Shown: piece by piece, positions 35,500-49,092 of the stretch | Layout: each line of letters opens with the position of its first letter | How positions within the stretch are numbered: position 1 is the first letter of the stretch | NCBI GenBank assembly: GCA_965644265.1 | Contig: OZ286466.1 | Location: forward strand, 17,546,001 to 17,610,000 | DNA length: 64,000 bases | DNA from: Glycera tridactyla | Taxonomy: Eukaryota | Direction of reading: 5' to 3' | Translations under genes and position numbers: made by a program | The notes under the pieces: generated by a model | What the model saw: only the letters and a program-made list of their open reading frames with translations | Databases searched by the model: none | What the model was told of the DNA's origin: nothing

Positions 35500-35743
35500 A
35501 TGCATTATTTGTGTATATTACCTGAACCAGTCGACTTAAACCTCGATGTGCTCTATATATTTTGCTTTCTTTAATTACTCATTCAAAGTGCTATGCCTTT
35601 TTAGATCGGTGAGTTGTTGAGTGTTTGCATAAGCACTTAATATGACCCTTCGGGGTCATGTGTAACAACTGTATACTTGTTCCCTTGTATATATGTTCAA
35701 ACTTATGCAATAAAGTTATTTCTGATTCTGATTCTGATTCTGA
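35500..35743 (+). mobile_element. LINE/SINE 3'-end fragment with stem-loop and (TTCTGA)n tail
   Basis: Hairpin ATGACCC-TTCG-GGGTCAT (35642-35659), AATAAA at 35709, then four TTCTGA repeats. Confidence 0.7.
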
Positions 35744-36719
35744 TAGGTTCAGAAAAATTATAATTCCAAAAATTCTGCATCATGTCATTGGCATCCCTGT
35801 ATTAGGCCTTCAGAATAATTGATTATGTACCATGAAGGTGGTTGGTGATTCAATAATTGTGGCCAACAGGATCACTGAAAAATGGAAGTTTGCGACCCTG
35901 GTACAACCCCATAAAGTGCCTAGTTTCAGGAAGTGGCCAAAAGCCAGATAAGTTTAGTGACACAAAGTTTCGAGGGTCATACTAAGAGTCGAAAAGTCAA
36001 ACATGATTTTGTGATATAATTTGTTTACAACCTGTGGAGGAAAAAACAGGAAATTTTGCACTTGTGTGATAAGTTATGGTGTGTTTTAAAGATTCTTTTT
36101 AGATTTTCCTGGCATGCTGGCTGTCAAATATCGCACTCGTTGAACATTATTTTTGGCTCGCATGCGAAGCTAAATGCGAGTCTTTGTGATCACGCAGTTG
36201 GTCCGGCCGTCCGGCGTGAAGGTCTGAGGTTAAGGTTTTGGTTAAAGTTTTTCTTTGAAGCCCCACTCGGCTAATATTGCACCTACATTCTTGAAATTTG
36301 ATATACATATGCATCAGTAGTTGGACAACAACGTAGGAGCATTCTTTTCATAATCCATCTCATATAGTTGGGAAATTCTGAGAGAAAAGAAGACTTTTTA
36401 TTTGTGAGTTTGGAATTTATTGAGACAGCTGGACCCATTCATTCTGCCTGAGTTGCATAAGACACCACGGAAATCTACATGATTCTCCGCCTGTCCTTTC
36501 ATTGTTGGGGAAGGCTCTCCCGGTGACTCTATTGTTCTGGCTCTGTTACATAACCGTCTAATCAGTTTCATGCACCAACTGCTACATCAAGCGCTGTATA
36601 AATAGATGGACCTAAGTTCACTTTGTCATACATACACTAGTATGCATATCTGATTATTTGCTCCCTCGAGCACAGTATAGATGGACCTCATTTCACTTTC
36701 TTATACATACACATGTATG

Positions 36720-37085
36720 GGTGGGGGTGGGACCACGGTTGAGGGGAAGTGTTGGGCAGGGGGGGGGGGCAGGGAAGGGGGGGGCTGGGGATGGGTGATT
36801 GGTGGGGTGAGTTCTGTGGTGGGTGTGGGGTAGGGTTGGTTGGGATTGGTTGGTTGGTTCCGGGTGGGGGGGGGGGAGGGGGTAAGGGCCAGGGATGGGT
36901 AGCAGTAGGGGTGGGGGTGGGGAAGATGGCTGGGGGTGGGGGAGATGGGTGGTGGTGGGCTGCAGATATGGGGGTGTGTGTGTGTGTGAGGGGGAGGGTG
37001 GGGGATTGGTGGGGTGGGGGTGGGGTAGGTAGGGCCTGGGGTGGGTGAGTGGGGGAAGGGTGGGGTGGTGGGGCACACACACACA

Positions 37086-37115
<30 letters not shown>
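36720..37115 (+). repeat. G-rich low-complexity tract plus (CA)/(CGCA) microsatellite
   Basis: Dense GGG runs with G-quadruplex-forming potential; the ORFs called here are compositional artefacts. Confidence 0.85.
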
Positions 37116-37118
<3 letters not shown>

Positions 37119-38585
37119 AGATGTGTCCCCTTTCGACAAGCGGCGTGCATGCGAGCCTTTTGTGCATTTATGCCTTGTTTTTGAATGGACTAACTAAAGT
37201 TGCCATGTTTGGTGGTCTAGGTTTTCAGCAAATATTGCCATAGTACAACCCGCTATTTTATCTAGATTCAAGTTTATGATGATAGTGTCACGTTCGCCCA
37301 TGTTACTGGCTCTATCTCAAGTGGAGAAATGTCCCAGATAATTATTAGCTGACGTATTTAGAGGTTGAGAATCACCTCATGATAAATAGAGATGTCAGCG
37401 CACCTCTTGACATTGATTCTCCGTCTCCAGCTCCTGTATCCTAGCAAGGCCTAGATGAATGGAAATCCTGGCCCAATGACCCCATGCTGTAGCAAGTTAA
37501 TAAGTAATAACATTATTGTCTCTGATGATGAGATATCTCAAATCATTAAAAAAAAATACTGAAAACCATCAAAATGTGTTGATAGGGTCATTTCGTTGAC
37601 CTATAGTTATTTCGTCTCCATTGGATATTGCGTCATGTTGTGTGGATGTGACTCAGTGGTGAGGGTCTCTGCCTCATGTTCCTGTTACATCTGGGCCATA
37701 GCCCGGGGCAGAGGGGGGGGGGGGGGGGGGGGTGGACATGTAATTATGCCGTTAAATACTTGCTTTATCACACTTCTTCCCTGCTTTGTTGAGAGAATCA
37801 CCCACAGATGTCACAAACTTCAGTTTGCATTGGTTCTAAGAAGGACCAATGTGGACAAATATATCAAATAGATTCAAAACCATTTTTCACTTCTTATTAT
37901 TGCATTGTTGACCATCAATGGTGCTGTTCATGTATGGATAATTTTGCCCCCTTCTCTCAAACGAGGTATCTCTCCTAATCAATCAATCAATCAATCCATT
38001 TTTCCCAGTAATCTTAATTTTTAAAGTTGTCTTTGTACTGCATCATCTGGGTGTGTGGGCAAAAGGTCTGCACCATCCATTCATCTGAGAGCAGAAGATT
38101 TCCAGTGGAGCTGAGCTGTGAAAATCACCATATGTGCTACATCTACCCTCTTTTTTAAAGACACCACACTGTGGACTGACTCCTAATTAGGAGGCGACCA
38201 TATGGACCAGCTCTAACTTCATGTATTCATGCTAAGATGTGAACCTTAACACCTTAGGTGCTGTCACAAGGGGGAGTCCTCCTTTGAGACTGACTCATCT
38301 GGAACTTTTTGGTCCCCATGATCTTATGCTCAGGGTTTGTGAGAGTGATGCCTGCAGGGAACAGAACATCCAGATTTCATGAATCAGGTGGATATGGCAT
38401 ACATATTTGGGGTCAATACCTGATATTAAAGTAAAACCAAAACTATTAATCAGGATCTTTGTTAACCACAAGCTTAGCGAAGACTTCAAGATACTGTCAA
38501 ACTTGTCTTGGGCATGAAGCCTTGGAATGAGAGATGTGACACAATTGTGTGATTAGAGCAAGTTCTGGCTTAGTACAGGTCAAGT

Positions 38586-39340
38586 TTGTTTGTTTGTTTG
38601 TTTGTTTGAGGCTCAACGGCATGTATCACCCCACAGGATTATGTATGCCGTGTGTTCCAGGTTAATGAAAGCTAGATGGTCTCTCCCCTGCAGACATCAC
38701 TCTCACAAACCCTGAACACAAGATGATGGGGAACTCCCTGAAAGGTTGTCAAGTGGAAGTAGCTGATGGTTCAGACACACCCCTACCAACTCTTAACTCT
38801 ACAAAAAAGACATATTGAACCTGATGATGGCATATCTGAATATGTAACTGGCTGGAAGCTAACACTCAAGCCTGATAGCTATGCTTTTTTTTTTTTACGC
38901 AAAGCGCAGTACTTGAAACAAAGAAAAGCATTAGGTTCAGAGAATACTCAAACAATGTCTTCAATCACGAACTGTCAACTTCAAATCAGCTTTACAATCA
39001 TGGCTTGCCCTATGCTTGCAGTACAATGCCATCACACAACCTAGTAAACCTAGTCGCAGCCCTAGTAACCCAGAACTGGTGTGCCTGGTACCCGCGTTTT
39101 GCATAGTGACAATATCTGCTACAGGCAAACCATCAGCCACCTACACCCGAGACCATTTCACTGTAGAAATAAGAAATAGCTTAGAGGGATAGGAAAGAGG
39201 TCAAGAAAAAGAAATCTGGTGATAGTGCAATTTTGGTAGAAAATGCCTAAAGATAGATGATAGAAAATTTTTAAGGTATGTTTTCATTCAACCCCCCATT
39301 CCAAAAGATATTGAGAAGAAGAGAAGGGATGATGCTACAC
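38586..39340 (-). repeat. Dispersed SINE-like retroposon family 1 (about 750 bp, (CAAA)n tail)
   Basis: A near-identical inverted copy lies at about 50990-51780. Further copies or fragments at 11060-11160, 13272-13591+18802-19140, 38290-38350, 51780-52270, 55910-56200 and 57570-57660. Confidence 0.85.
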
Positions 39341-40960
39341 CTAGGCCACATCATCCCCGATGGCAACACTTCAGAGTAAAAGTCCCGCGCCCATTGGTGG
39401 CTGCCATCTATAGAGACCCTGGACTCCCACCTCGCGACTAGTACAGGTCAAGTATAGTGAAACATATTCTGGTGGGATCAATAGAATATTTTCGCCAAGA
39501 ACTAGTTCCCGAGTAGGACACTTTTAACTGTAGTCATACCAGACTGTAAATTAAAACATTTACATATGAAGGTTTACAATAATTCAGAGCCATTTTGGAC
39601 GATGACCTCAACAGGTGGCTGTTATGTACCATTGTTCTTGACGCTTGGTATCTACATCGGCTGACTCGGGGCATTGTTGACTGACACTGTGTCACAAGAC
39701 CAAGCTCCAGCTCTTTCACGAATGTTGCTTGGTGAATATGAAGAAGTTTGAACTAGAAACTTGAATATGGATAAACTTGCACAAGATCACCTCTCACCAA
39801 GTAGGGGTAGAAATCGGTTGCAAGTCCGCAATCGATCATCTGTTGGGCCTTTCCAACCGATGATCGGTCGAAATTGGTTACGGGAAAGGTGAAATTTTCC
39901 AACTAAGCTTGGAATACTTTATCAAGCCCCAACCAAGCTTGAATTAAAAAGCAACGCAAATATCAGCATATCAACAGTTCAACTGATCAAGCGCTGGGTC
40001 GCCATCAAATTACATCGATTATCTCATTTCATCAAGAGAAAACCACTGAAAACGTGCGATTTACGATGACACCACACTCGCCGAAAAATTCGTATAACGA
40101 AATATCAAATGACTATGGCTTCTCGCAACATTCCTACCCACTACGAACAGACGAACGTATATTTGAATTCATCTTGCGTGCCGATGTTGACAACATGGCT
40201 TCTCGGCGAGACTGATTCCTCTTGCGCAGACACCATGTGGCACTGCAAAAATACATTTAAACTCCGCCATCTCACGGATTTTCTTCGAACTGCGCTTCTC
40301 GTTTTCGTTTGCAAACACGCAGGTTTCGCCCAGCAAGATGGCGCGACGAATAAATGAACGAATGCCGCATTTTTCTCTCTCATTTTCGCGAATGTAACGT
40401 TTGATGACAGATCTGCTCTGGTTCCTATTTTGTCGATTACCGATTTTCGCAAGTAAGCGCTTGATTCGTCACGGCAACCAACCGACTTTCGACTAGATTC
40501 GATCATCGTTCTACCACTATCACCAAGACATCCATTTTTGATGCAATCTGTGGGTGGTCTTTGTAGACAGGTTTGAATGTACATTGGTTTACAGGCAGAG
40601 GCAGTGAAACCTGTGATGAGAGACCACTCTGAATTTCACTAAGAAGTGGTCTCAGTAGAGGTGGTCTTGTTTGAGGCATATTTGACTTATGTCAAATGAG
40701 AGAATTATGTCTCCGCCCTGATGGGGAAGACATATAGAATTCGTATTGTCCGTCTGTCCGTCTGTCTGTCTGTCTGTCTGTCAAAAAAACCTTGTGAGCA
40801 CGATTGCAGCAAAACTACTCATCCGAATTGGATGAAATTTAGAGGGTATATCCCTTGGGATAGTCTAATGAACTGATTAGATTTTGGTCCATGTGACATA
40901 ATTTTCAAGATCACCAGAGGCCCAAATTTCACCCAAATTTCACCAAAGAGGTACCAACCT

Positions 40961-42727
40961 TAATTATACCCCCCCAAACGAAGTTAGGGGGGGTATACTG
41001 GAATCACCCCGTCCGTCTGTCCGTCTGTCCGTCCGTCCGTCTGTCTGTAGACGGAGTCGTTTCCGGATGATTTCTCAAGTTTACCTTCACTCATTGATTT
41101 CATATTACATATACACATCACCCAAATAGAGAGGAGGAACCCTATTGTTTTTGGGGTCACTAGGTCAAAGGTCAAGGTCACAGGAGGTCATTTCATGGGA
41201 AATCACATTTTCGGCTCCTCTGACCTCAATTTTCGAGTACCGTATTCTCCCTAATTAGCGCCCCGGGGCGCTTGATAATTGAGAAAGGGGGGCGCTTATT
41301 TGTTCGAGATCTGTCAAAATTGCCGATGGGCGATAATCGGGTATTTTGGCGTTCATAACGCCAATGGCCGGCGAAATATGAACGAAACATTCGATAAACG
41401 TATTACTCGGTATCTATTTGTGTCACATAAGAGAAAAAACGATAAAACTACAAGGATATGACAAAAATTTGCCGAATAAACATTGATAAATAACAGCATT
41501 TGCTGCCGTCTGCATAACCAGTCCCAATTTGACAAGTCAATCCCTTGTTTTTAGACGTAGTTTTCCGCGATTAAAACCCACGAAATATCGAACTCACAGT
41601 AAAAACGATGGTGTGAATGAATTCCTAGGTATAAAATTGTGTGGTATCCATGCATAAATCTCTCAAATCTGTCGAATATTCGCCGAAAACGGCGGAAATA
41701 TCGAGCGGCGATGAGTGGCATCTTCATCCACGTGCGCGCCGCCATGTTGGATCTGGCTTCCTCGCTGGCTCAGAAAGGGCGGGAAATTCAAACGTCCGGG
41801 AGTATCAAAGCCGATCGGCAACTACTCCCTCCCACGGGAGGGGGGGGGGGCGCTCATGAGGGTCGGGGCGCTAATTAGGGAGAATACGGTAATTGCTTTC
41901 ATATTTGGTATGTGAACAGTGTGTCAGTATCTATTTCACATAAGTTCCGGGTTTTATGATGCAATTGTTACTTTTGGCGTCATGGGGCTGAATGTTAAGG
42001 TCACCAATACAATCCATTTATGTACAAGCTGCCAGTGTGTAGGCAGAATGGTTTCCGGATGATTTCTCAAGTTTGCCTTGCCTTATTGATTCCATATTAC
42101 AGGGACACATTACCCATACTAGGCAAAAGAACCCTATCGATTTTGGGGTCACTAGGTCAAAGGTCAAGGTCACGGGAGGTCACATCACTGGAAATCACAT
42201 TTTTGTCTCCCCTGACCTCAATTCTTGAGCAATCGCTTTGATATTTGGTATGTGAACAGTGTGTCACTTCCTATTCCGCCTTAGTTCCGGGTTTTATGTT
42301 GCGATTGTTACTTTTGGCGTCATGTCACAACCCATTTATAAGCTGCCTGTGTGTAGGCGGAATGGTTTCCGGATGATATCTTGAGTTTGCCTTCCCTTAT
42401 CAATTCCATATTGCAGGCACACATCACCCATACTGAGCGAAAGAACCCACTCGATTTTGGTTTCACTAGGTCAAAGGTCAAGGTCACAGGAGGTCACTTC
42501 ACTGGAAATCACATTTTCGACGCCCTGACCTTAATTCTTGAGCAATTGCTTTGATATTTGGTATGTGAACAGTGCGTTGCTATCTATTTCACATAAGTTC
42601 CGGGTTTTATGATGCGATCGTTACTTTTGGCGTCATGAGGCTGAATGTCAAGGTCACAGGGCACAATTCGCCTTCATTGATAGCGGCGAGGGGGGGGTAT
42701 TAATTTGCCTCTGGCAATAGCTCTAGT
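40961..42727 (+). mobile_element. Helentron-associated non-autonomous element (HINE/DINE-like)
   Basis: 5' hairpin TATACCCCCCC-N10-AGGGGGGGTATA, a (GTCC/GTCT)n microsatellite, internal tandem units with GGTCAAAGGTCAAGGTCAC, and a 3' end ...GCAATAGCTCTAGTT. Related elements at about 36130-36350, 40705-40950 and 42890-43300. Confidence 0.75.
41240..41889. mobile_element. TA-flanked Tc1/pogo-type MITE (650 bp) nested in the HINE
   Basis: TIR CCGTATTCTCCCTAATTAGCGCCCC at both ends, with a TA duplication. The flanks rejoin into the HINE unit CTCAATT..GAG-TA-ATTGCTTT. Confidence 0.9.
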
Positions 42728-44790
42728 TAAACTCAGTCTCTATTGTGACCTTCCGGAAATGAACTACTTCTGTTGCCTCTCCATTAATGGTTATGTAAGA
42801 GTCTTCCGGTCATACAATGCTCCTTGGTCATGCTTCAATGACTCCTCGTTGATTTCAATTCCCCTCTCTCCTCAAACAAAAGCCCAAACTTAATTAACTT
42901 CCCTGTTGGTGTGTGTGTGTGTGTGCGAGCGCACACACATGTGTGTGCGCCTTGTTGCTACCTGTGAATATCCAATGGCTATTATACTTGGCATATTGGT
43001 ATATAATTGCTGTTAGCAATTTGACAGTCATACCCCCCCCCCCCCGGTGTTGGTTCACAGGGGGGGGGGGGGGGGTATGTGTGTGTGCATGTACATGCTC
43101 CATGTTGCCAAGTGTGAATACCCCATGGCTACCATACTTGTGATATTGGTATCCAATTGCTGTTAGCAATTTGAGAGTTATGAATACCCCCCCCCCCCCC
43201 CCCACCCCCTGTTGGTTGGGTGGGTGAAAGAGATGATGGTTTCCGGATAACTTCATGAATTTCAGGGCTAGCTGTCTCAAACTTTGTGTGCCTCCTTTCC
43301 TAGACTATGGATTTACATCTTGAATTTCAAGGTCACTGAGTCCAAAATGGTTTCTTCATGAGTTTCGCAGGTAGCCTTCTCAAACTCTCATAGATTATGG
43401 CAACACACCCATCGATTTCTCAGTGGCCAGCTTCAATTTCAAGGTCACTTGATGGAAAAAAAGGTCAAAAGAGTTTCTGGACAATCACTTCATAAATTAC
43501 AGGGGTGGCTTTGACAAACTTGGTGTACAGACATTCCCAGGCTATGGCAAGATTTTGGGGTTGCCATCTCAGTGTGCATCTACAGGCTAGTGGTGATACA
43601 CTGGTATGGTGCCAACAGGTCAAAGGTCAAGGTCACAGGAGCTATTTTCAGAATTTGAGAATATGGACAAATCTCACTTGGTGAATTGATCTAGTTTCCT
43701 GGGTCACTGATCAAGACCTGATCAAGATCTTCCCTTGTCAGCAAGATTCCACTCAAACCCCTGACCCAAATTCAACTGAATTTCTCTGATGCCCAGGCAT
43801 ATTCTTGAGGACAAATCCTACACAAAGAGAGCCCCCCCCCGTACCCCAGTACACCTCATACCCCAGGACACATTTTCATACTCATGACTAGGTATACTAC
43901 ATCATTGGTCACTCAAAGGATAGTTGTCAACCAATGTCTAGCGTTTCAGTGAGCATGCTCACTTGAAGATGAATAAACAAGCAGGTGGACCCAGGCATGT
44001 ATGCGGGTAGTGAATAATTACAAAGTCTGGGGGAGACATATTGAGTGAGGAGGTGCCTCACTGAAATTCTAGTTGCCATTTGAAAGAGGTCTCCCAACAG
44101 AGGTGGTTTCTCATCACAGGTTTTATTATATCTTTCAGGCAAATCTTGTCTCACTTGTCATTTGTATAGTCTGACCTGTTTACAAAGACCTCCTTGATTC
44201 TGGCAAGTAGTGTTCCATGGACAGATGGTCTTTGTTACAATGTTTTTTGTTTACAATATACTATACACATTGATCACTTATTTAGGTGACCTTTGTATGC
44301 AGGCGTACTCTCAAGATTGTCCGGATGTACCAGTGCTGAGCCACGACACTGAGACAGACAGGTGGCTCCTGACACTACACAATATAGCACATATGGCACC
44401 GAAATGAATTGAAACCAGAACTAACCTACCAACGACCATAGTCACACCACTTGGTGTGTGTGTGTGTGTGTTTGCTTGTGCTTGTGCTGCACTTGGTGCT
44501 TTGAACATCCTGTATCCAGGCATGCCATGCATACTCACTGACAGATGTATACATCTCCGGCAACTAGAAATGTAATATTGTTGAGGTTCCCTTGTATATT
44601 CCACCATTAAGCTCCGAATATGTCAAAGGCGAATGTGGCGGCCTGACAGATATTTACCAATAATTCCAGCAAATTCACCAAAGACATACAATGAAATGAT
44701 GGCGTATCCTCTTCAAAAGCATGCGAATCACCTGAAAACAGGTTCAATGATCGCCGGAAGATCTATACATTCTATTTGTGCCATTAAAAC

Positions 44791-45182
44791 TAGTGTTAGG
44801 ACGATTCACTCAGAAATCGATTTAATCGATCAAATTCAGTTTCGATTCTACTAATCGATGTTACTTTGTCAGAATCGATTTTTTGGCTTTCATTTCCACC
44901 AGGACAGATTTCGTCATTAAATGTATTTTTTTTTCAGAATAATCAGGTTCTAGTTATCATTTTTCAAGATTTATTAGTCTATCTTTCACTCTCCAGCATC
45001 TTTTGACTCTTTTCACAGATGAACTCTTGCCTTCTCTCTTCTCAAGTCATGTCAGTCACCATCCTCCATGCATCAAATCAGTCTTCTTTGACACTTGATT
45101 AAACATCAATTATAATCGATAAATCAATCAAAATAAATTCTGATTAATCGATTCCTAAAATAGGTACCGATTCCTAACACTA
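44791..45182. mobile_element. hAT-type MITE (392 bp) with 8-bp TSD
   Basis: TIR TAGTGTTAGGA...TCCTAACACTA. ATTAAAAC is duplicated on both sides. Subterminal AATCGAT repeats. Confidence 0.9.
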
Positions 45183-47285
45183 ATTAAAACTAAAACCAGA
45201 AGAGAAATGGTGAAGGAGAGTGAATTGGGTTTCGGGAGAGTGAAAAGACCAAGCTGACTCTCCTGATGGGAGAATGGTAATTTTCCTTTGATCAAAAAGT
45301 CATGAATTCATTGTGAGGACAGGACACCACCATTTCAATCCCACCTACCAAAAGAAAATCATTCTCCATGATATTAAGTTGTACATACTCGGACATGTAT
45401 GATTCTGTCGATCAAACATCAGCAAAACATGGGTTGGTGGTACTTGAGGAGTCACTCCCGAGACAGATGAGGTGAAATTCACATCTAGATAAGGCATTTA
45501 CTCACACAAATTTCTTGGCCTCAAAATAACGAAGTTCAAGTTTGATTTCCTAATCATGCTCAGATTCGGCAGAGTGAATTTATGTTCTGGAGAGTGATTT
45601 TTCCTGTTCGCTCTCCTGATGGGAGAATGGCTGAAGAAGTTTTTCCTGAAGACTGGGTAAAAGTGTTTAATGGGCTTGTGAAAATATTGAGTAGAACAGG
45701 TCAAGCTGAAAATCCCTTTTCACCTGTCTGAAGAACAGATGGTGTGAGAACTTGACGTAGAGCCCACAACATTGAGATGTTAATTGAATGGATGTATTTT
45801 GCTTCCTGTCATACTCTAGCTGTCAGTGAGAAGTGGCAGTTAAACTTCACACAGCGCACATGTTACAGTGTTGTGTTACACACCTCCCACCTTGATATAA
45901 TGGTCACCACCTGGCTTACTGGGTGGACCTGGTAACGCCAGCACGCTAATTTGGTATTTTTTAAAGCTGATAACAAACATGCATGCGTTATTGTTCCTTG
46001 CCATTTTCTTCCCTTTATAGCAGTGGAATGAATCTCATATTATCCCCATTCAAGAGACTGTGGGAGCTAATCTTGTATGGATTTTTAGTTTGACTCTTGT
46101 AGAGTTGAGCTTGAACTGAGCTAGGGCTCTACATATTCCTTCAGCTGTCCTTTGGGCAGGGGAAGTGGGATATTCACCAGCCCTCCCTACCTTTTTTCCT
46201 GCCATCTTGCATAAAATCATGAGACAGGGCTCTACATCGCTACTTGCAAATAGCAATTGCTATCAAATATACCCTCTGGCTACCATATCTTATGTTAGGA
46301 GCCAGCTGCCCCTTGAATTTTGAGAGATGGTGATTGGCAATGTATTCACTGGCTACGAAATTTTTTGAGAGCCAGCTTGCTCATAAATATTTTGTCCAAC
46401 CTAGAGCCCTGATAGACTAAATAATGCTTAGAGTAGTTGCCTATCAGGCAGGCAGATGAATAAAATCATCAGCGCTGATAACTAATCTGCCTGTTAGTGC
46501 CAGTATGGTGTGAGCTAGCGATCTTCCTTCCAACTTGTTTCTATCCCCCTTTCCGATTTTACCTGTGAAGAATGAGTGACTGTCTTGAGAGACCAAATTT
46601 CATGCCAGTGCAAAATTTTGGTAGCCAGTGTATATATTGCCAATTACAATGTCAAAATTTAAGGGGCAGCAAGCTCCTAACTTTAAAAAGATGGTAGCCA
46701 GTGGGTAATTTGGTAGCGACTTCAGTGCTTGCTCATCAGATTCCTCTGCAGGGAACCTGTGGCACGATACCCCAATGAGGGGCCACCTTGGACTGAAGAC
46801 CCCATTTTTAGCAGATTCTCTATTTGACAGTCAAATATACCTCTGTCGAAAGATCACCTCTTCAGAGACCACTTGTCGACCCCAACAACAAACAATGCAT
46901 CTGTCTCTCTGTCCATATGTCCATCCATCTATTCACCTCCCCTATCCATCCATATACCGGGGTATTTACCTCCCCTGTTCATCCATCTGTCCNNNNNNNN
47001 NNNNNNNNNNNNNNNNNNNNNNNNNNNNNNNNNNNNNNNNNNNNNNNNNNNNNNNNNNNNNNNNNNNNNNNNNNNNNNNNNNNNNNNNNNNNNNNNNNNN
47101 NNNNNNNNNNNNNNNNNNNNNNNNNNNNNNNNNNNNNNNNNNNNNNNNNNNNNNNNNNNNNNNNNCATCCATTTTTCAGGACAATTGAGAATGAATGGTT
47201 GAGTGATACTGGTGGTGATTACAACCTATGTATATTGACAGCCAGAATACAAGTCTCATCTAATACTGCTGTTTGCTTGTTACAG

Positions 47286-48026
47286 ATCCCCCTGCGGCTA
47301 AGCCGGCAGCAGAAGAGGAAGAGAATGGAGCAGTTCCCGATTCTGCCGAGAAGAAGAAGAGAACACGCGGTCGTCGTGGTCAAGGCAAGGGGAAGGGCTG
47401 GGGCTGTCCACTTGCCATGTACTGCCCGGCTTATAACCCGATGGCTTCGAACATGCTCTCGATGATGCATCATGGTCCGATGATGGGTGGACCGCACGGC
47501 ATGATGGGCGGACCGCACGGCATGATGGGAGGACACCATGGCATGATGGGATACCCCATGATGGGCGGGTATCATGGGATGATGGGTGGATACCATCCCG
47601 GGATGATGGGTGGACCGATGGGTGGATGCCCTGCCATGATGTCATCTGGCTGCCCAGCCATGCAGTGTCCAGCCATCTCTCAAGCCATGATGATGCATCA
47701 CTGCCCAGAAATGATGGGAGAGATCTCCGGCGACAAGAAATCGGGAAAAGGCCACAAAATGTCCGACTGTCCCAAGATTTCGGAGTGTCCAATGTTCTCG
47801 GGATGCCCATACTTCAGTGGGGAGAAGAAAGGTGGAGCCAAAGCATCCGATTGTCCGATGATGTCTGGCTGTCCGTATTTCGCTGGAGGTTCATCAGAAG
47901 GTGAAGAGTGCTGTGAAGAGGGAGAGGAGTGTTGTGAAGAAGGTGGAGAAAAGAAGGAGAAGAAAGAAGGAGAGGAGAGTGTGAGTGACGAAGCTGAGGA
48001 TGATGAATCCGGAGTGCCAACACTCG
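47286..48026 (+). CDS. Exon 2 of an uncharacterised low-complexity protein (basic patch, Met/Gly/His tract, 11 Cys-Pro motifs, acidic CC tract)
   Basis: Acceptor TTGTTACAG|AT and donor CTCG|GTGAGT, both phase 1. 741 nt open, with synonymous variation among the GMMGG repeats. Confidence 0.88.
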
Positions 48027-48838
48027 GTGAGTTGGCTAAGAAAATCAGGACCTTTTTTATTTGTACAGCTGAAAGACTATGTTGACACACATGATGCTAG
48101 GGCAATAGGGACATGAATCATGTCAATTGCCCAAGCCCAATTTCTTATGGGGTTGATCCTGACACCTTGATAAATACCCACAGCAAGTAACATACTGTTG
48201 CTACCCATGACTGAATTTTGAATTGGTATCACCATTATATATTATTGTATTGCAGGGCATGGGTAAAATGCTTTTTGGGTACTTTTTCACTTCATGTAGC
48301 CTAAGCATCATTTAAACAAGACGGCGGGACCAGTCACATGATTATATATGCCATCTTTAGTTTCAACATGTTATTGTTAAGATAGGGGTGTGTGTCTGCT
48401 ACTTCCTCTTTACAACCTTTCACCTCATGTGCAGGAATTGTGAGAGTGACATCCGCAGGGGGAGAGAGCATCTAGCTTTCATTTACCAGACATGGCATGC
48501 ATAATCTTAAGGGTTGCTTCATGCCATTTAACCTCAACCAGACTGAATAAAACCCGAACTTCATGTCAGTGCGAATTGATTCAGTTTCTTAGAATCTGAA
48601 CATGCGGACAAATTCAGGTCCTACGCTGTGACCAGGGTAGGATGCGAAATGAATTCCAGTTCAATCACATTCACTGTCCAGATGCCTTCCACAATCACTG
48701 ATTCGATGCCATTCGATCAAAACCTATCCATTCTTCAAATGGGGATGATGTCTAGATCCAAAAGTCCTTGGTAAAGTATTTATAAGCCAATACATATTCA
48801 GGATGTTTGTGAGCGTGGACACTACTTTCTTGTTGCAG

Positions 48839-49092
48839 GTACCCGTGGTAAAGGATATAGTCATCGCCGTGGCGGACACGGCCGTGGTGGTCACGGTCAC
48901 GGCCATGGTCATGGTCATGGACACGGTCATGGTCACGGACACGGTCATGGATTCGGACACGGTCATGGATTTGGTCATGGATTTGGTCACGGTCATGGAT
49001 TTGGACATGGATTCGGGCACCCACACGGGCGTGGAGGTCGTGGAGGCTGGCGTGGAGGTCGTGGCGGGTGGGGACCATTTGGCTGGTTTTGA
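48839..49092 (+). CDS. Terminal exon 3: GTRGKGYSHRRGGHGRGG(HG)n..GFGH..PHGRGGRGGWRGGRGGWGPFGWF*
   Basis: Acceptor TTCTTGTTGCAG|GT, phase 1 matching exon 2. Gly/His codons vary at third positions (GGT/GGA/GGC, CAT/CAC), a signature of coding selection. Ends in TGA at 49090-49092. A possible polyA signal AATAAA lies at 50694. Confidence 0.88.

Noticed and set aside
46226-46411. CAGGGCTCTA...TAGAGCCCTG MITE candidate with an inverted partial copy at about 46610-46720
   Set aside because: The short TIR is present, but no target-site duplication could be read, so it was not included in the TSD comparison.
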